Positions 60,782 through 64,000 of a stretch of DNA of 64,000 nt are shown here, one piece after another. The translations under genes were made by a program, and so were the position numbers. The notes under the pieces were generated by a model. That model searched no databases. It was given only the letters and a program-made list of their open reading frames with translations, and was not told the origin of the DNA. The DNA lies in the NCBI RefSeq assembly GCF_001194135.2, contig NC_068981.1, forward strand, positions 113,316,189 to 113,380,188, written 5' to 3'. Numbering within the stretch: position 1 is the first letter of the stretch; each line of letters opens with the position of its first letter. The stretch is from Octopus bimaculoides. Lineage: Eukaryota.

Positions 60782-61602
60782 AGTACTTACCTAGTAATGA
60801 TCATTTCATTACAATTTTGCCAGATGGTCTGTTTCACTATGTCTTTGCCTCTTAATGACATCTACTTCCTTTGAGTTGTATTATACAGGATAATTAAAAT
60901 TTTTCACTACAATTGAATCTGGGTTTGAGGTATATTGATTTTATTAGCCTTTAACCTTGTGTTAACAGATGTTACTGAGACACACCATTATATCACAAGA
61001 TATAGGGTAACTGATATGATATTCTTTTCACAATTTCACTCATTGCACTACGATGCTATCTTCATAAGTTTAAGTGCTTATATCAAACCCAAATCTTTGT
61101 ACTCAGTACTATATTGACATCAAAAAGAGGAAAGGCAACAATATAACCGAAAACCAATTCTGCCATTTTTCTACACATACATACATACATACATACTTAC
61201 ATGTAATACTAGTTTCAAAAATTAATAAGTCCTAGTATTGATCTGTTCAGCTAAAACCTTTCAAGACAGTGTTCCAGTATGGCCACAGTCAAATGACTGA
61301 AACAAGTAAAAGATATATACACATGTGCTTTTATGTATAAATGTATCTGTATTTACTTACATACATATAGATGTATACATTCCTACCTACCCATGTACAT
61401 ACACGCATATGTATATACATACATATGGCTACTTTCACTTTCAGTCTATCAAATCTAAACACAGGGCTCTGGTCGGCCCTAGGCGATAGTAGAAGATGCT
61501 TGAAGTGTGTATCCACGCTTGTGCATGCATGTGTTTGTGTGTGTGTGTACATACACACATGCATGCACACATGCACGTGTACACACACGTGTACACACGC
61601 AT

Positions 61603-61644
<42 letters not shown>

Positions 61645-61685
61645 GTTATATTTTACTTGTTTCAATCATTTGACTGTGACCATGC

Positions 61686-61939
61686 TGTTTGTCTTGCACA
61701 ACCTTATTAACTAACTAAACATGTTAGACATACTGTGCAATAAAATGCTAGCAATTGAGGATAGGATATTTAATGTACACCCATCTCCAACCGTTTAATA
61801 ATGAAAATATGATTATCTAATGAATAAATAACTCCTGGTAACTCTGTAAAGGAAGGACCTACAAGATGTTTGAGAAGAATGCATTGTAGTAGATTCTCAT
61901 TACCTTACCTATCCTCATATGACAGTACTGCAACATGCT
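61686..61939 (+). repeat. Near-identical copy of intronic segment 55551-55803
   Basis: 253/254 bp, three differences seen by eye. Confidence 0.9.
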
Positions 61940-62894
61940 TGTAGTTTTTAAATGAACGAGTTGATCACAATACTTATTTTTTCAACCTTGTACTTATTCT
62001 AGCAGCTTCTATTTTGCCAAACTACTTGGTTACGGAGATGTAAGCAAATCAGTACTAGCTGTCAAACAGTTCTGATAGACTAACACAGATAGAAATATAA
62101 ACACACACACACACAGATATAGATACAAATAACAAGTTTCTTTAACATTTAATGAAGGTTTTGGTCACCACAACCATATGGTAGGGAAGCAAACACCTTA
62201 CCACACAGCCTTATACATACACATACGAGCACACATATGTACACACACACATTGCCTTCTCTGTATTCACATATACATCCATATATATTCTGTATATAGA
62301 ACTCAAGAATAATTTGCATAATTGTCTACAAATACATATACATGTGTGCATGTGTTATCCTTTACTTGGAAAAAAGAAGGGTTAGTTTCATAAAGGCAAG
62401 CATGAAAGAATATATATATAATTGATAAATGTTATGTGAGCAGAAATACTTTTAAAAACAAAAACGTTTAATATTTAAATTCATATATATTTATGTGCTC
62501 GTGAAATTGATAAAAGAAATTTATGATAAAAATTTAGTTTCATTCTGATTAAAATCCCAACGATTTTCACCTGCTTTTAGCATCTCCAATCCGTTGTTTT
62601 AGTTTCTATTGTCCATTGTAAGTGATGAGAAACACACTGCATTTTATTATATATAAGATAAGATTAGTTAAGCATTTAGAATAAACTTTCAAATACAATA
62701 GACGGACAGAATAATCAAGTAGAGATACTATTTATAGCAAGAAAACAGAAACGTTGTTGAATAATTTAGAAAAATCTTTTTTAGATATTATATAACAAAT
62801 GCAAAATATAAACACAATGAAAAAAAATCTTATAAACTGGAATAAATCCAACAACTTTAAATGTTACAAAAGGCATGTAACATTATAAATAGAT

Positions 62895-64000
62895 GAGTTC
62901 ACTGAAATCACAAAATTTGTAGCAAAACAGACACTCAAAACAGCTGCAAATCAGCATGAAAAACAGAAAAATTTTGCAAATAAAAATTTCGTGGTTTTTT
63001 TCGTGTCTTTTCACACTTTAAGATACTTTTCAGATTTGCAAGAAACACTTTTCATTTTGAAATCTAATGGGTTAATATAAGTTAGATGATTGATGAGAAG
63101 ATTATATTTATCAAAGAGTTCACTGAAATCACAAAATTTGTGGCAAAGCAGAAAGGCACAAAAAGTTGCAAATAAGTATGAAAAACAGAAAGATTTTGAA
63201 AATGAAAATTTCGTGTTTTTTCCTTGTCTTTTTACACATTAAAATACTTTTCATTTTTGCAAGAAACACTTTTCATTTTGAAATCTAATGGGTTAATATA
63301 AGTTAGATGATTGATGAGGAGATTATATTTATCAGAGTTCACTGAAATCAGAAAATTTGTGGCAAAACAGAAAGTCACAAGAAGTTGCAAATGAGCATGA
63401 AAAACAGAAAGATTTTGCAAATGAAAATTTCGTGATATTTTCCTGTCTTTTCACACATTAAGATACTTTTCATTTTGAAATCTAATTGGTTGATATAAGT
63501 TAGATGATTGATTAGGAGATTATATTTATCAAAGAGTTCACTGAAATCAGAACATTTATGGCAAAACAGAAAGTAAGAAAATGCTGCAAATAAGCATGAA
63601 AAACAAAAATATTTTGCAAATGAAAATTTCGTGATATTTTCGTGTCTTTTCACACATTAAGATACTTTTCATATTTGAGAAAAGCACTTTTCATTTTGAA
63701 ATCTAATGGGTTAATATAAGTTAGATGATTGATGAGAAGATTATATTTATCAAAGTGTTCACTGAAATCACAAAACTTGTGGCAGAACAGAAAGTTACAA
63801 AAAAGTTGCAAATGAGCATGAAAAACAGAAAAATTTTGCAAATGAAAATTTCGTGATTTTTACTGTTTTTCACACATTAAGATACTTTTCCTTTTTCCAA
63901 GAAACACTTTCTATTTTGAAATCTAATGGGTTCATATAAGTTAGATGATTGATGAAATTATATTTATCAAAGAATTCACAAAAATCAGAAATTTTGTGGC
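62895..64000. repeat. ~220 bp AT-rich tandem repeat (satellite), at least 5 units, open at the window end
   Basis: Unit starts (gagttcactgaaatc) at 62895, 63116, 63335, 63534, 63755, 63972; periods 221, 219, 199, 221, 217. Confidence 0.95.

Noticed and set aside
62895-64000. CRISPR-like array
   Set aside because: Whole ~220 bp units repeat with no unique spacers; eukaryotic context and no cas genes.

Overview
Eukaryotic, intron-rich, AT-rich DNA with N-gaps beside microsatellites. The repeat landscape (abundant RTE LINE tails, tRNA-derived SINEs, mariner MITEs, Helitrons) looks like an octopus/coleoid cephalopod genome; this is an inference. The only host gene I can support is the 3' end of an axonemal outer-arm beta-type dynein heavy chain (DNAH9/11/17-like) on the + strand. 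It has 10 coding exons from 9991 to the stop at 60643, totalling 2616 nt (871 aa plus stop). All introns are GT-AG and the reading frame is continuous. The rest is intronic or downstream repeat DNA: Penelope-like, R4/Dong-like, RTE, Tx1-like and CR1-like non-LTR elements, two Ty3/Gypsy-type LTR relics, Helitrons, mariner/hAT/TTAA MITEs, SINEs and a ~220 bp tandem satellite running off the right edge. The most interesting unannotated signal is a set of six hammerhead-ribozyme-like motifs plus one half-deleted copy. Several share an unusual architecture: palindromic mini stem III, GTA site, mispaired 10.1/11.1 and a ~40 nt loop II. One sits in the inverted pseudo-LTR of a Penelope-like element. 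Also notable are a tRNA-Thr-like Pol III unit boxed by inverted repeats, a 253 bp templated insertion, and candidate A-to-I restorative recoding sites in the dynein. There are no CRISPR arrays, rRNA or prokaryotic systems. All structures were read by eye and no folding or database search was run.
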